Source of the DNA: Selaginella moellendorffii
Lineage: Eukaryota > Plantae > Lycopodiophyta
Reading direction: 5' to 3'
Length of the DNA stretch: 64,000 nt
Assembly: GCF_000143415.4 (NCBI RefSeq)
Contig: NW_003314334.1
Coordinates: forward strand, 248,001-312,000
This document shows positions 24,976 to 38,249 of the stretch, one piece after another. The translations under genes and the position numbers were made by a program. The stretch's first letter is position 1; each line of letters starts with the position of its first letter. The notes under the pieces were generated by a model that saw nothing but the letters and a program-made list of their open reading frames with translations, was not told the origin of the DNA and made no database searches.

Positions 24976-27476
24976 ATGCTCCAGCAGCGGGTGAATGCGC
25001 TCACGGGGGAGAGCGAATGGATTCTCGTTGGCGATGGAGGCGACGGCGGCGATGCGAGCGATCCCCTGGCAGAGAGCTCGTATCTTGACATGCTGAATGA
25101 TCGCGCCAGGAACAGGGCATTCTCTTCAGCAATCGCGAAGGTCGGCCGCCATGGCCATGTCCTGGACATTGGGTGAGGCTAGAGAGATCCTTCTTTCGTT
25201 TCCTGAGCTCGTTCTTGACAGTGCTCATGGCTTGGCGGGCAATGGAAGAGCAGTGCCAGGTGACTGCTTGCGAATCTTTTCTTCCAATGTACAAGCTGGC
25301 TCGCAAAGTTTGCCGAGACAATGGGACGATGGGAGCGATCAAGCTGCTCCATATGCGCTCGGATGAGATCAAAGTCGGGGTGGACATCTCTAGCAAAGCC
25401 GATGCATTGGTACGCTAAGTCTGTACACATTCTTCTTCTTCGTTTCCTCTGGACTCTTTGTCTCTCCAGGTGTGTGAGATTTTAGACTCGGAGTTGCTTG
25501 GAGAAGGGATCATTCCAAGTCCAAGGCACGCTCATGAGCATTTACTCCGGCCTAATGCTGCCACAGTGCCATATCGAGCTACTGTGTATGCCCAGGTATA
25601 TAGCAAAGTCTTTTTTCTTAGCTCAGTGTTGAGTTTACTTCTTTCTCTTAGCTAGTCGAGAGCGACTTTCTCTGGAGATTGCACGACCTTCAAGGGGTAG
25701 AAGACCAGCTGCAGGACGGATTGGCTTTCGCTCCCAATGATTTCTACTCTTACTTCAAGCACAGACAGCATGCGTTTCACGTTGATGAAATCCCCGGTAT
25801 GAAGCTGGTAATTTAGTAGAGTTCTCTTACAAGTTACCAAAACCCGTGGCGCTGCAGCTTTCCGAGCCGTTTGAGGCCTTCGTTCTTGACTTCTATAGAG
25901 CTCCAGATGTGCGTGGAGAATTTAATCAAGCCGTGCATGTCAACTTCTCTGGGACTGCTCACGCAATAGTTTCATGGTACGAAACTTGCTCGGATTCGCT
26001 ACTTCTTGGTTCGCTTTCTTCTCTGCTTGAACTTGACAAGGTGGGTGCTGCAGCTTGACAAAGATGGCCTGGTTTGCTACTCAACTGCTCCTCGTTGGAT
26101 CAGAGGTTTGTTTTCCTGTTCGATTCTTTGAGTAACTCCGCAGATTTGTGTTCTCAGGGGCAAGCGAGTGGTGTGACCATTGGAAACAATGTGTGTGGTT
26201 TCTTCCTGGACAAGGTGTTTCGGTGGAGGAGCAGTCGGAGCTTCGCGTCGTAGTCAGCCATGATGAAGCGTCAGTGCGGTATGACATCAATGGTGGTGTA
26301 TGCTGTAATAGTTCAGCGTCTGGTTTCGAGCTGAGCCTACAAAGGTGTCGCATGCTTGGTGACGGTAGCAGGCGTTCTATCATACAGTCTGCCATTCAGA
26401 AAGCTGTAAGTGTGTTTTGAATCTGTGAGTACGATTGTTTCTTTTTCTTTCTGTCCAGCTTGGAGAACGAGAATTTGGAAACTGTCTCATTCGGGATGAC
26501 GGCCTGATGAGCGCCGTGTGTGCTCTATCTACAGCGCATGGATCCTGCCATGTGGCTGGCTTGTTTCCAGGCTGTAGAAGAGATGGCTTGAAGTACTTGG
26601 AGAGCGTCGCGAGCAAGCTGTCTATTATACACAAAGACGTCAAGCATCTCACTGGGGACGATTTCAAGGGGCATAAAGTATACAGTCTTGCAACTCCATT
26701 GGATATTGACGGGTTTCTTTCTTTTCGCGACAGGTGGATGTTCTTCTAGGGGACCCTTATTACGCCACGTACGAGCATGCGTTGCCGTGGAAGCAGCTTC
26801 GGTTTTGGTTCGTTTTCGTTTCGTTTTCTAAAGAGTTGGAAGTTGTTTTAAAGCAGTGAGAATCCAGGTACGAGAGAACGACGCTAAGTCCGTTGCTATC
26901 AGAGAACCCTATTATAGTTCCCTGCTTTGGAATTCTCTATGGGATGGCTTGTCATCTTCCTGTAAGTTGATTATTTTCTCTGCAGTGACTTTGGTTTCAT
27001 GTTGGCTAAATCAGGATTTGTGGCAAAGCCGCTGTCGCCTTGAAGAAGTCGATGGCTTTGATCACAGGTCATTGACAAAACCGTTTTCGCTGCTCGAGTT
27101 CAACATGCGTGAGGAATTCAAGAGTCTAAGTGGATTTGCAAAGGTTATTCAATTCTGTCCTCTTTGGTACCACTTAATGTTTTCTGCTACTTTTGCACAG
27201 GTTAGCGTTGTAAAGACTGGGCTCTGCCATGGAGTTGTCCTGTGGATGGACTGGGTGATGGATCCCGAGAACAAGGATTTGGTACTTTCAACGGGACTTT
27301 TAAATCCAAGTGAGTAAGATTCTCTCCATCTCATCTCAAGGAGTTTCGTTTTACGTCTAGGCTGGAAGCAGGGCGTCAAGCTTTTCCGAAAGCCACTGCA
27401 AGCCACGGAGACTTTAGAGCTCAACGCGTCCTTCGATTCACAGACTGGAGAGATCAGCATCACTCGCGTGGTCTGA
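24976..27476 (+). pseudogene. PRMT7: PRMT7 homolog (copy B): complete 3' end but frameshifted
   Basis: Last exon WKQGVKLFRKP...TRVV* is present. A 20-bp deletion at ~25225 removes GTGLLS of SAM-binding motif I and shifts the frame. Confidence 0.85.
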
Positions 27477-27559
27477 AGCCACAAACTCTTCTTTGCATTT
27501 AGGAAAACTTTTAAACCAACATCAGGTAAATTCCAAACATATAGTTCCTATCTCTTGTG

Positions 27560-28450
27560 CTTCAAGTTCTTTGTTTGTTCGTCCTTGAAGTGTTGTTGAG
27601 CCTGAAGTAACCAGCGTCATACCGGATGCTCTTGATGTACGGTAACTTCCGCCACCTCGCAGTTGCTGAATTATACACCACCAAAATCTTGTTCTCTTCC
27701 TGTTGCTTTTCATCAAGTCCTTCCTCGTTTGGCATTTTCTCTCCTCTTGCTCCGGAGCCATGCTCTTCTCTCCAGGCTGGTCTTCCTCCCACTCCTCTTC
27801 GTCTTCCTCGTCATCGTCATCGTCATAAGGCAGAGCTCCAGCACCACCACTCGATCCACAACATTACACGCCCGGAATCCATATCCGCTCCCATCGCCCA
27901 AAAACTTCTTGGGCACATCCACGATCCAGCACTTTGTCGGCCCGAGAATGGCTGCGCTGCGATCAAAGTGCCAGAAGTCGAGAATCTTGCGCCGCACAGC
28001 ACAAACTGGTGGTGGTCACTGTCGTCAACCAGAGGCCACTCGATCCCTTTCTGGGAGAAGAAGGAGCCGGCATCCACTTGCCCGACTCCCAGACGCCGCG
28101 CAGCGCGTCGTGATCCCGGCACGACTCGACGACGCTCACGTCCGACTCCTTCCATGCGCTGTTAGCTCCGCGAGTCGAAAGCTTGGACCTGGACGATGCT
28201 CTGGAGGAGATTTTGCTGCTGCATGGCGGACACCATGTGACCGTAGCGGAGATAATCACTCGATTGCTGGCCTAAGTTCATGGAGTAGCGAACGATCTTG
28301 AAGTCCCCACTCGAAGAACACGCAGCGCCAGCAGTAGCCGTTTCACCACGTGCCACGTGTTGGTTACCCCAGCGAACCAGGCCCTTTTGAGCGGCGCGAC
28401 ATTGTCAACCGGAAAGGTGGCGGCCCAAGAGTTATGGCACGATGACTTTA
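27560..28450 (-). pseudogene. F-box-associated-domain-like remnant
   Basis: Fragments VVYNSATARWRKLP, DFKIVRY and VTNTWHVV in different frames. Confidence 0.35.
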
Positions 28451-28489
28451 TCTTAGAAAAGGTAGATTTAGATATGGAATGTTCTAAAC

Positions 28490-30714
28490 TCAAACTTGTG
28501 TTTTTTTTAGGCTCTGCCTCTTTTTGGGCTGCCGCCCATCGCCGCTACATTTGCTGCCGCTGAGGTTGTGCTGCGCCTTCGTCATCTCGATTTCATCGCT
28601 GCTGCATTTGTTGCCGCTCTCGATAGCCGTCTTGGGGTCCTCGTGCTGCGCCCTCTCCATGGCCTTCTTGAGGTCCTCGTGCTGCGCCCTCGTCATCTCG
28701 ATTGCGCGCAGGTCGTCGCCCGCTTCGTCGCCGGGTAACTCCAACTTGTGCGCTCTCCCCTTCTGCAGCAGCTCCTGGATCTCGAACACCTGCATGCAGC
28801 GGCGGACGGTGATCAGTGCCACGATTGGCAGCAGCGCTGCGATGGAAATCCACGCCAGGAGGAGGGATTTGGACTTGTAGGTGGATTCTCCCTGAATAAC
28901 CGCGAGCACCTGGAGACCACGCTGCGTGATCTGGACTTGGTCGGCGTGGAGTCCCCAGGTCACGAACTTCGCCTGCCTCTGCATTTCTGTGCCCATCATG
29001 GCGATGACAGCCGAGTAGGAGACGATGGCCAGCAGCAAGTTGGCGATCAACAGCAGTGCGGTCTTGAGGTAGCGGGTTTTCCTTCTCAAGTTTTTTGAAC
29101 GAAGGCGACTTAGCTGTGAATTTGTGAGTGGCTTTGTAGTAGCCACCACGGCGATGAAAGTGCTGGGAAGAGCGATGGCTGCCACCCAGAAATCCGTGGC
29201 GGCTCCTTGTTCCAGGTTGAGAGCCGAGCTGTGAGCTTGGATGTACAGGTTCTTGAGCTTCAAGGATACCGACCTCGGAATCTATGGTATCATTGAAAGA
29301 TGGGATGAAATCGGTGCCTGCCAGGCACATATCTCTCGCTGCTGGCACCACACAGTCGGTAAGGCCTTGGACATTGTTTATTTCTGAAAAGTTTGTGTCG
29401 TTCCTCCAGGATGCCGGAGGTGGATATAATCGGTGGAACAGCGATAGCACGTCTGTTCGGTTCCCATTGCCTTGGACACACAGGTAGCCTTCGCCATCGG
29501 CGCTAGAGTTTGAGCATGCAACAAAGTTTCCCGTCGAGCCAGACGCTAAAACAGGTGTGTGTACTTGTTGCTCGCATTTGCTGATATTGTCTTCCTCTCC
29601 TAGAAAATTTAGTGGCTGCTCCATTCCCAAAACCCGGCAGTATTGCTTGCTACTTGTGCTGTTGAATTTGTCGTCCATTTGATAGCGCGTCAGAAGCTTT
29701 CTTCACGACAGCTTTTATGCCCAGTATTGTCTCGGCCTGCACCCTCTGGGCCTGCACCCTCCAGGCCTGCCCCGCGGTTGAAAAATCTCTGGACGCCATC
29801 TGTTTATCTCCGACACTTCCCGTCGCATCTATCATCTGTTTCGTTCCGGAACTTCCCACCAGCGTTTTATGTCTGGAACTTCCCGTCTCATCTATCACCG
29901 ATTTAACTCCGGAACTTCCCGTCGCATCTTCATCTTCATCTCCGTACATTAAATTACGTCTAGCGCTGGTTTTACTGTCAGTCCTCGTCTTGTTTGAGCA
30001 GGAGATAAGTGTGCCATCTTGAAAGCTTTTGATTTTCACATCCGAGCTGTTGAGCAACTTGACTTGGCGGCTGTTGCTGGAGAGCTCGAGAATTCTTGCT
30101 GTTAAAGAGTTGCTAACTGTCTGGCTAAACTTATCTTCTCCATTCTCTTTAGAGGTTCCTATGGACTCGGAGACCTCCCAGACTGTTCTAAACGCTGGCT
30201 TCTCCCCGATCGTAGTGAGTATGACTGGAGCCACACTGTCGCAAGCCTTACTGTCATCTTTGTTGCTGTCGCCAACACACAAGTAAGCCAGGATCCATAC
30301 TGTGACACGCATCGTTCCCAGGCTCTTGATGTGGTCGACGGACTGGTACTCTGCAATGGCTGCTCCCCTCGTGCCTAACAGACCCTTCTTCTGCCTGATC
30401 TCCGATTTAGCCCGATCCGTCAGATTTTGGTCTTCGTGCCCAAAATCGCAGCGTGACTGGTTGTGTACAGCGCCAACCATGTACCGGAGAAAGGCCTCGG
30501 GACGCCTGTCCTGGAGGGGGAGGAACTGCCACCATACCTGTTTGTGGAGGGAGTCGCCGCTCATTCTCAGGATCGCCGTGGAGCTGTCCACCTCCGACAG
30601 ATCGCCTTGCTGCACAGAAATCAGTGCGTGTCCATGGCACGAGAAGAGAACAAGAATGCAGGCCGAGAACACAAGCAACTTCATCTGCGGTGTAAGGCTA
30701 CGCAGAGAACCCAT
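28490..30714 (-). pseudogene. Uncharacterised membrane protein gene (signal peptide, Cys-containing ectodomain, ~3 C-terminal TM segments), two apparent frameshifts
   Basis: Three successive overlapping ORFs: 29650-30729, 28593-29678, 28490-29263. Signal MKLLVFSACILVLFSCHG; hydrophobic helices in the last ORF; internal short tandem repeats. Confidence 0.55.
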
Positions 30715-30729
30715 GGCTCGGTGTCTCAA

Positions 30730-31150
30730 TTATAAAAGCAAAGTTACAAAGAACTTTGAATATTTTAAGTGGTTTGTGGGGGATATGGAATGAGAAGATG
30801 CTTTCACACTGAGATTGAGACTGCAAATGCTTTCACACTGTTCCCAGGGATGGACGTGGTTAAGTTCCTGGCATTATAGAAATCTCATGAAAACAAAGTT
30901 AAAACAACTTTGAATGTTTTCATTCATCATAAATTGTTTATATGGTTTACTAGTGCCCGCCACGAAGCATGAGATGAGACTACAGATGCTTTCACGGATG
31001 GACGTGGTTAAGTTCCTGGCATATGAAAATCTTATAAAAGAAAAGTTACAAACAACTTTGAATATTTTCAGTGGGCATACGGAAAGACAAGATGCTTTCA
31101 CCCTGTTCCCAGGCTGCTTGAAGGGATGGACGTGGTTAAGTTCCTGACGC
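30730..31150. repeat. Three degenerate ~130-150-bp repeats
   Basis: GATGGACGTGGTTAAGTTCCTG at ~30849, ~30997, ~31125; AAAGTTA..ACTTTGAAT at ~30739, ~30896, ~31042. Confidence 0.7.
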
Positions 31151-32045
31151 ATTGTTCTTGTTCTAGAAAAAATGTATTCGACTCTTTTGTACTATGGCTG
31201 ATTGATTGGACCATAATTCAATACAAGACAGCCTATTGTCATTCACACTTTAATGTTTTGACAAACACATGGACTTGGGTGATTTGTAAATTTTTGCAGT
31301 GGGTGAAGTTGGGTGAACTTGATCCACTAGAAGTTGGGTGAAGTGAATTTGGGTGGTGAAGTTCACCATTGCACTTACAAGCATCAAGTCTCAAGGTTCT
31401 CTTTCACGCTGGTGTTGTTCTTCCACAGGAAGTATAGGTTCTTCGACACTAGCAAATTCTAGCCCACATCTTCTCCAACACAATCCTCTACTCCAATTAT
31501 GTCAGGAGGAGCCAGAGGAAGTGGACTTCCACAATGATGAAGTATTTTATGCTTAACAGGTTTAGTGATCCAGATGCACACTTGCAAACTTTCTTTATTT
31601 CTAAGATAAATAATGAGAATTCAGATGTGGAGCGGTTGTGGTTACAACAGAGGATGGAGCAGCCGAGTGGCTAGGCATAGTAGAACAAAACACCATTCAC
31701 AGATTGACCAACCCTAAGAGTGGCTTTTCTCAATCGCCAGCTCCTCTAGTCATATTAAGTATTATTGTCAAGGATTGCCATTAGAGATAGAATCTCACAT
31801 GAAAATTCAGAATCCAGCGCCTTTGGAGGAAGCAATCCAACACACCTCAAATTGGGAACAAGCAAAGCTTTTGATTGCAAGGTATGCATACAATGCCTCT
31901 CTATAGTGGAGTCTCTGAAGTTTCTAGATCTATAGTAGATTTGAGAGCCTAGGATTGTTTACTTCAGTCTTGAGAACAATGGATTATAGCAAGCAGCCTT
32001 ATTCATTCATAATAGTAATGCCCATAACTAGTTTCAGCAACTAGA

Positions 32046-32884
32046 CTAGACAGGCAGAGCGATACCCCCTGCAGCGCAGAGATCAGCTCCGGTGTTGCGA
32101 TCGTAGAGACTGCAGCCCTCTTTCATGTCCTCGCAGCTGCGGCGTGCATTCCTGCAAGACTGCAGGGTGGTGCCCTGAAAAGTTACAGACTTGGCACAAA
32201 TGGACACTCTGGGCAGGCAAACGAGGGCGCAAACCCCCATGGGGTCTTCAGTAGGCAGGCAGGTGCTGTTTGCGGATGGATTCTCCAAGTAGATGCAACC
32301 GGATTTCCCGAAGCAGCAACCACAGTTATCTTTGGAGACCTCGGCATTGCAGACCTCCACAATCGAATCAAGCTTACACTTCCTTCCTGCCATGAGCTCT
32401 ATCGGAGAGGGCTGAGCTTCCTGAACATAATGAACAAGGCGGTTACCTTGATCTGTGCCCTGCTGCTCCAGCCGCGGGATGGGGTCACCGTTAACGATGT
32501 TGTAGTAACCGCATCCAGGTTGTCGGGGTGGGAGTTTTCCCTTGAGCACCTTGATGCCTGATGTTGGGAATCCTGATGAAGGCAATGGGCATACGGCCAA
32601 CTTCGGACCTTGGCACTCCCGGGTACAAGCCCTTGAATCACCGCCAATGCAAGTGACTTGTCCTGAACCAGGTTGCAGATAGACACAACCTTTCTTCAGA
32701 CTACAGCAGTTGCTGCAATCGGTATAGGTGAGGTCACCATTGCAAACCTCGACGACACCACCTTGAGCAGCTGCAAGAACAGGAGTCCGAGTTAGAATCG
32801 AACATACAAGTGGAGATCTCTCTCACAGGATAACGAGGCCAACAGAAGAAGAACGAGCACGGGGAGATTGCCGCTTCCAGCCAT
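32046..32884 (-). CDS. Pin-II-like inhibitor gene (copy 2, P1 Arg)
   Basis: Same structure as 20022-20860. Confidence 0.75.
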
Positions 32885-34247
32885 ACTTCTCTATTGCAGA
32901 TCTGATGGGCTTTTGAAGTCCAGCATTGGTGCTTTAGAAATGTTCAAAACGTGTGTCCTTGACACAATGGATATCTTAATGCAGTAAGATAAGCCCTCTC
33001 ACCACGGATGTGACGGGCGAGCTGAATGTCCTTTGGCAATGCCAAAGGACATCTAATGCCAAATTGGCATTAGATAGTGGCTTGCTTTGCGAAGATTCAC
33101 CGGTAAAATGCGGGAACAATGCCCAGTCTCAGCACAAAAACAAATATCAGCTCCAGTGTTGCAAACGTAGAGATTGCAGCCCTCTTTCATGTCCTCGCAG
33201 CTGCGGCGTGCATTCCTGCAAGACTGCAGGGTGGTGCCCTGAAAAGTTACAGACTTGGCACAAATGGACACTCTGGGCAGGCAAACGAGGGCGCAAACCC
33301 CCATGGGGTCTTCAGTAGGCAGGCAGGTGCTGTTTGCGGATGGATTCTCCAAGTAGATGCAACCGGATTTCCCGAAGCAGCAACCACAGTTATCTTTGGA
33401 GACCTCGGCATTGCAGACCTCCACAATCGAATCAAGCTTACACTTCCTTCCTGCCATGAGCTCTATCGGAGAGGGCTGAGCTTCCTGAACATAATGAACA
33501 AGGCGGTTACCTTGATCTGTGCCCTGCTGCTCCAGCCGCGGGATGGGGTCACCGTTAACGATGTTGTAGTAACCGCATCCAGGTTGTCGGGGTGGGAGTT
33601 TTCCCTTGAGCACCTTGATGCCTGATGTTGGGAATCCTGATGAAGGCAATGGGCATACGGCCAACTTCGGACCTTGGCACTCCCGGGTACAAGCCCTTGA
33701 ATCACCGCCAATGCAAGTGACTTGTCCTGAACCAGGTTGCAGATAGACACAACCTTTCTTCAGACTACAGCAGTTGCTGCAATCGGTATAGGTGAGGTCA
33801 CCATTGCAAACCTCGACGACACCACCTTGAGCAGCTGCAAGAACAGGAGTCCGAGTTAGAATCGAACATACAAGTGGAGATCTCTCTCACAGGATAACGA
33901 GGCCAACAGAAGAAGAACGAGCACGGGGAGATTGCCGCTTCCAGCCATACTTCTCTATTGCAGATCTGATGGGCTTTTGAAGTCCAGCATTGGTGCTTTA
34001 GAAATGTTCAAAACGTGTGTCCTTGACACAATGGATATCTTAATGCAGTAAGATAAGCCCTCTCACCACGGATGTGACGGGCGAGCTGAATGTCCTTTGG
34101 CAATGCCAAAGGACATCTAATGCCAAATTGGCATTAGATAGTGGCTTGCTTTGCGAAGATTCACCGGTAAAATGCGGGAACAATGCCCAGTCTCAGCACA
34201 AAAACAAATATCAGCTCCAGTGTTGCAAACGTAGAGATTGCAGCCCT
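32111..34247. repeat. 1064-bp direct tandem duplication
   Basis: TGCAGCCCT anchors at 32111, 33175 and 34239. Confidence 0.9.
33053..33948 (-). CDS. Chimeric Pin-II-like gene (copy 3) with a substituted C-terminus
   Basis: Same N-terminus; after EGC the frame runs into upstream-derived sequence (NLYVCNTGADICF...MPIWH*). Confidence 0.55.
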
Positions 34248-36412
34248 TGATAGAATGAGCGGACCGAAGCTGGAGAGCCTAGGCCTGAAAAACGATCAGG
34301 CACGGTTGCAAGGGTGCAGGGTAACAAGTTGCATACGGTGGCAATTTATTTTGGAAAAATGCTCGTCTCGACCATTTTGATTTTTTATATTCATTTTCTG
34401 TTGTCACATATATTGTCTGTATTGAAAACATATATGCCACTAGCAACCCTTGTACCAGGGGTGCTACCCCGATCGATTTTTTGCTCTTAGGTAGGGAAAG
34501 CTGGATTACTCCTGTGTTGAGAGCTCATAAAATAGAGTAAATGGCAGCATCTGTTAGAACTAAGCTGAACATGCACACAACCAAGGCAGGTAGCTCACTG
34601 GTAGAGCACCTGGCACCGGTGTAGGAGGTCCTGCCTGTCCAGCCATTTTCCAACGGCATCCATCCCTCCAGCTGGCTGAAAGTTTGGATCCCAGGACCAT
34701 TTTGCACTAACAATGCAAACTTTAATTGAACCAGGCCATGGGGAAGAGTCAACCATTGAACCCAATCATGATCAATAACAAGGACTCGACGCAAAGAGTT
34801 TCTTCAATTCTCATATTGGTGTTGGTATAGTGGTTCACATTGAGTTGGTAGCTTCCCAGACAACTTGTTTGGTTGCTGCTAAAGTTCCTTGATGGAACAC
34901 TGCCTTCAAACCTGTTGTTGGTCGCATTGGAGCTGAAATTTTTGGAAGGCTCACCCGAGAAGATGGCCTCCCAGTTTGTTGGAGTTTAACAGAAGTATGC
35001 TCGGAAAGCTGAGAGGAATGCTGCCTTGTAGGTGACTAATATCTGTCGAATCTCAGGAGAGCTGAACAAGCTAGAAGCAGTTAGAGAGTTCCTAATCCCT
35101 GCAAGCTGGAATAGTTGGTTTATGAATATCTATCAAATCCATCAAATCCAATGCACCTTCACTGAAAATGTCAACACAGTGAGCCATTTCCTCCAAACAC
35201 AGTAGGTGTAATGGGACCAATGTCGTACTTGGCACTGTCCATAAACCATGGCTACAACAAAATAGCAATCGTTGGCATTGCTTTGGCTTGTACATGTGAT
35301 CTGAAATATGTCCTGCCAGCCCACGAGAGAACGAGCTTTTTAAATGCTTGAAAACGTTTACTGTTTGGAACGTACATAGGATGAAGTTATCGCCTCTGAC
35401 GGTGAATCCAAAGCCCTCTCTCCAGATTGTCGCGAGTTTTACAAGTTCCCAGCAAGACACAACCTCACTGGCTGGACGAATCCAGAGCATGGCCCGTGGT
35501 GATTCGGCCTCTTTTGTTTTGCGTGGTTTACTCCCAAAGCCGGAGATCAACTTTCATGCTGGGATGCTGGCCGGTGTAACCTTGGGGACGGTGTCTGGTG
35601 ACGAGTTATTGCAGGGGCCGAGCCTGACCGAATCAACTGGTAAGCTAGAAGTTTTTTTCGTATTTACGTATTCGCTGACTGATACTTTATTCCAGCGGCT
35701 TCGACATGGTCCGTAGCCAACGCCACGGCATTTGGACAGTGGATACAGAGCAGAGGCTCCATCTCTCCCGTTGCATCCGGCTACGTCATCTCCGGCCCGA
35801 CCACAGCTCTACGAGCCGAGGTTGTTCATGTTTCCATGGAGGAGGAATGGCCGAGGACGCTCCAGAACGGTCTCGTAGCACACTTCGGCTCCTCCAAGGC
35901 TCGAGACAGGAGATGCAAGGGATGCGTCTGGGTGGGAATGGCTTGTGTGACAACGCCGGTAGTAGCAGCAGTGTGGGCACAGGGAAGCCAGGGAGCAGCA
36001 GCGGCATCAAGCTGCAAATCCGCTACGTTCTAGAGCAACTTGGAGCGGAATTTTATGGCCTCTCGTGGCTGACCATCAGTCCCATGTATCTCCACCGGCA
36101 TCCAGTGCTGCCTTACCACTGCGGCGTAGTGCTGCGGCTGGAGAAGCTACTGTATTACCCGAAGGCACCACCGCCGCCGCCGCCGCCGCCGCCGTTATGA
36201 TTATGTACATACGATGTTTAAAACGACAGTATAAATATACGTATTCTTATTAAGCAAAGGGAAGATTAAAAAAAAAGAGTTTAGCCTTTGTTCGTTAACC
36301 ATCTCTTCTTTGTTGAGCATACAATTGCGGACTCAAGGGGCTCTTTTCCAGACGTATCACGCTAAACCAGTTAAAGACCGATTGATGCTTAACCTCACAG
36401 CAATGCACAGCC

Positions 36413-37740
36413 GGGACACAGGGTGGAGTGCCCAAGACGATGGGCTTACTCAAAAGGAAGTACCATTGGCCAGATATGGTTAAGGACGTCCAAGACTATG
36501 TAAAGACATGTCCAACATGTCAGCAGGTAAAAGCCGTGACTAAGGCTAGTGGGGGCTTGTTGCAAAGCATCCGAATTCCAGATCGCCCGTGGAAATGTCT
36601 TACGATGGACTTCATCACGGGACTCCCCCCAAGCGAGGGGTTTGATGCGATATTTGTGGTGGTGGATCGATTTTCGAAAATGGCACACTTCATACCCACC
36701 ACAACGGAGGTGGATGCGGAAGGTGTGGCAAAGCTGTTCTTCGAACAAGTGGTTCGAGTGCGGGGAAGACCGGAAGAGATCATCTCAGATCGAGATAAGA
36801 TCTTCACCAGTAGGTTCTGGAAGACTCTCCTAGAACAGTATCACACCAAGTTGAAATTTAGCACAGCCTATCACCCACAGACAGGTATGGGGTATTGAGT
36901 CAAGTTGTTGGCACTAACACTTCTTGACAGACGGACAAACGGAAAGGGTGAATAGGCAACTGGAGGATTATTTGCGATGCTATGTCTCGGGAGACCAGAC
37001 TGATTGGGTAAGTCATTTGGGACTTGCAGAAATGTGTTATAACAACTCACCACATTCGAGTATCGGGGTGAGTCCATGGGAAGTCATCAATGGGCGAGCT
37101 ATTGAAGGTCCTGTGGAACTCGGCGTGGCCGAGTATCATGGAGAGTTGCCCGCAGTGGAGGCATTCACGGCGGAAAGACTCCGCATTTGGAATCTAGTGA
37201 GGGATTCCTTGGAACGGGCTCAACAAAGGCAAACCAAATACGCGAACCAGAAGCGTCGGGATGTAGAGTTCCAAGCTGGGGAGAAGGTGTGGCTGAACAC
37301 CAAGAACCTCAGACTACCAAGTGGGATCAGCCGAAAGTTGACCCAAAGGTAAAGATGCATGTATTCCTGTAAATGAATTGATCTTGAGTTCCTTAAGCAG
37401 GTTCGCGGGGCTTTACGAGATTGAGGCACGAATCGGTAAAGTGGCTTACCGACTCCGACTTCCTCGAGAGATGGGGAAGATGCACCCAGTGTTCCACGTG
37501 AACTTACTCAAGCCGTACTTTGAGGATCCGCTTCGCAAGGACCAAGTGAGACCTTTACCTGAGGTTATCCAAGGGGAAGAGGAATACGAAGTCGAGGCCA
37601 TCCTCAATGCGCGCAAGAGCAAGTAACAAGGACGCGAGGTGAGAGAGTTCCATGTGAAGTGGAAAGGATTTCCACACTGCGAAGCAACATGGGAACCGGA
37701 GATCTAGTGGAGGAATTTCTGCAAGGCAGAACTCTATGTA
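36413..37740 (+). pseudogene. Integrase-chromodomain fragment with two GT-AG introns (36885-36930, 37349-37400)
   Basis: Splicing restores TAYHPQT-D-GQTERVN and KLTQ-R-FAGLYEI; the chromodomain has a 22-bp deletion. Confidence 0.85.
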
Positions 37741-38249
37741 CTTATGCAAAATTCAATTAAAAATATCAATTTGCAAAGTTGAGCAAGTGGCATATGTTGG
37801 GACCCGAAGGCGCGCCAAAGGTAAGCTAATTAGCATAGGTTGGATAGGTCGACCAGGCGTAGGGCACTACGCCCGACTCCCCGCGGGGATGTCGAATTCG
37901 TAGACGTATTCTACGGAGGTTGGGTTTGAGTCCCAACCCCCTAGTAAAGCAAGGCTGGGTTCAAGTCCCGACCCCATACTAGGGCGTGGTGAGGTGAGGA
38001 GTATAGGGACACCTATATTCCGTTGTCATGGGCTTTTGGCCGGGGAGGCTAACTTAGGCACACCGCTAAGTGGGGGGATGCCCCCGGAGACATGGTCAAC
38101 AAGTCGTAGGATAAAACGAGACGTTCGATGTGGGCATCGAACTTCTTCTATGGGTGGTGGAGTTGTAAGGAACCGACTCCCCGAGATGTCGTAGGCTAAA
38201 GGATCCCCAAAAGCTTGACCGAAATGACAAAGAGTTCATCGAATGGGAC

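Noticed and set aside
31350-31830. Short ORF 31353-31556 and flanking sequence
   Set aside because: No recognisable motif or exon structure
36885-36930. Integrase interruptions as ordinary frameshifts or tiny TE insertions
   Set aside because: No TSD or terminal repeats; exact GT-AG ends, a CTAAC branch-like motif and precise restoration of conserved motifs favour introns
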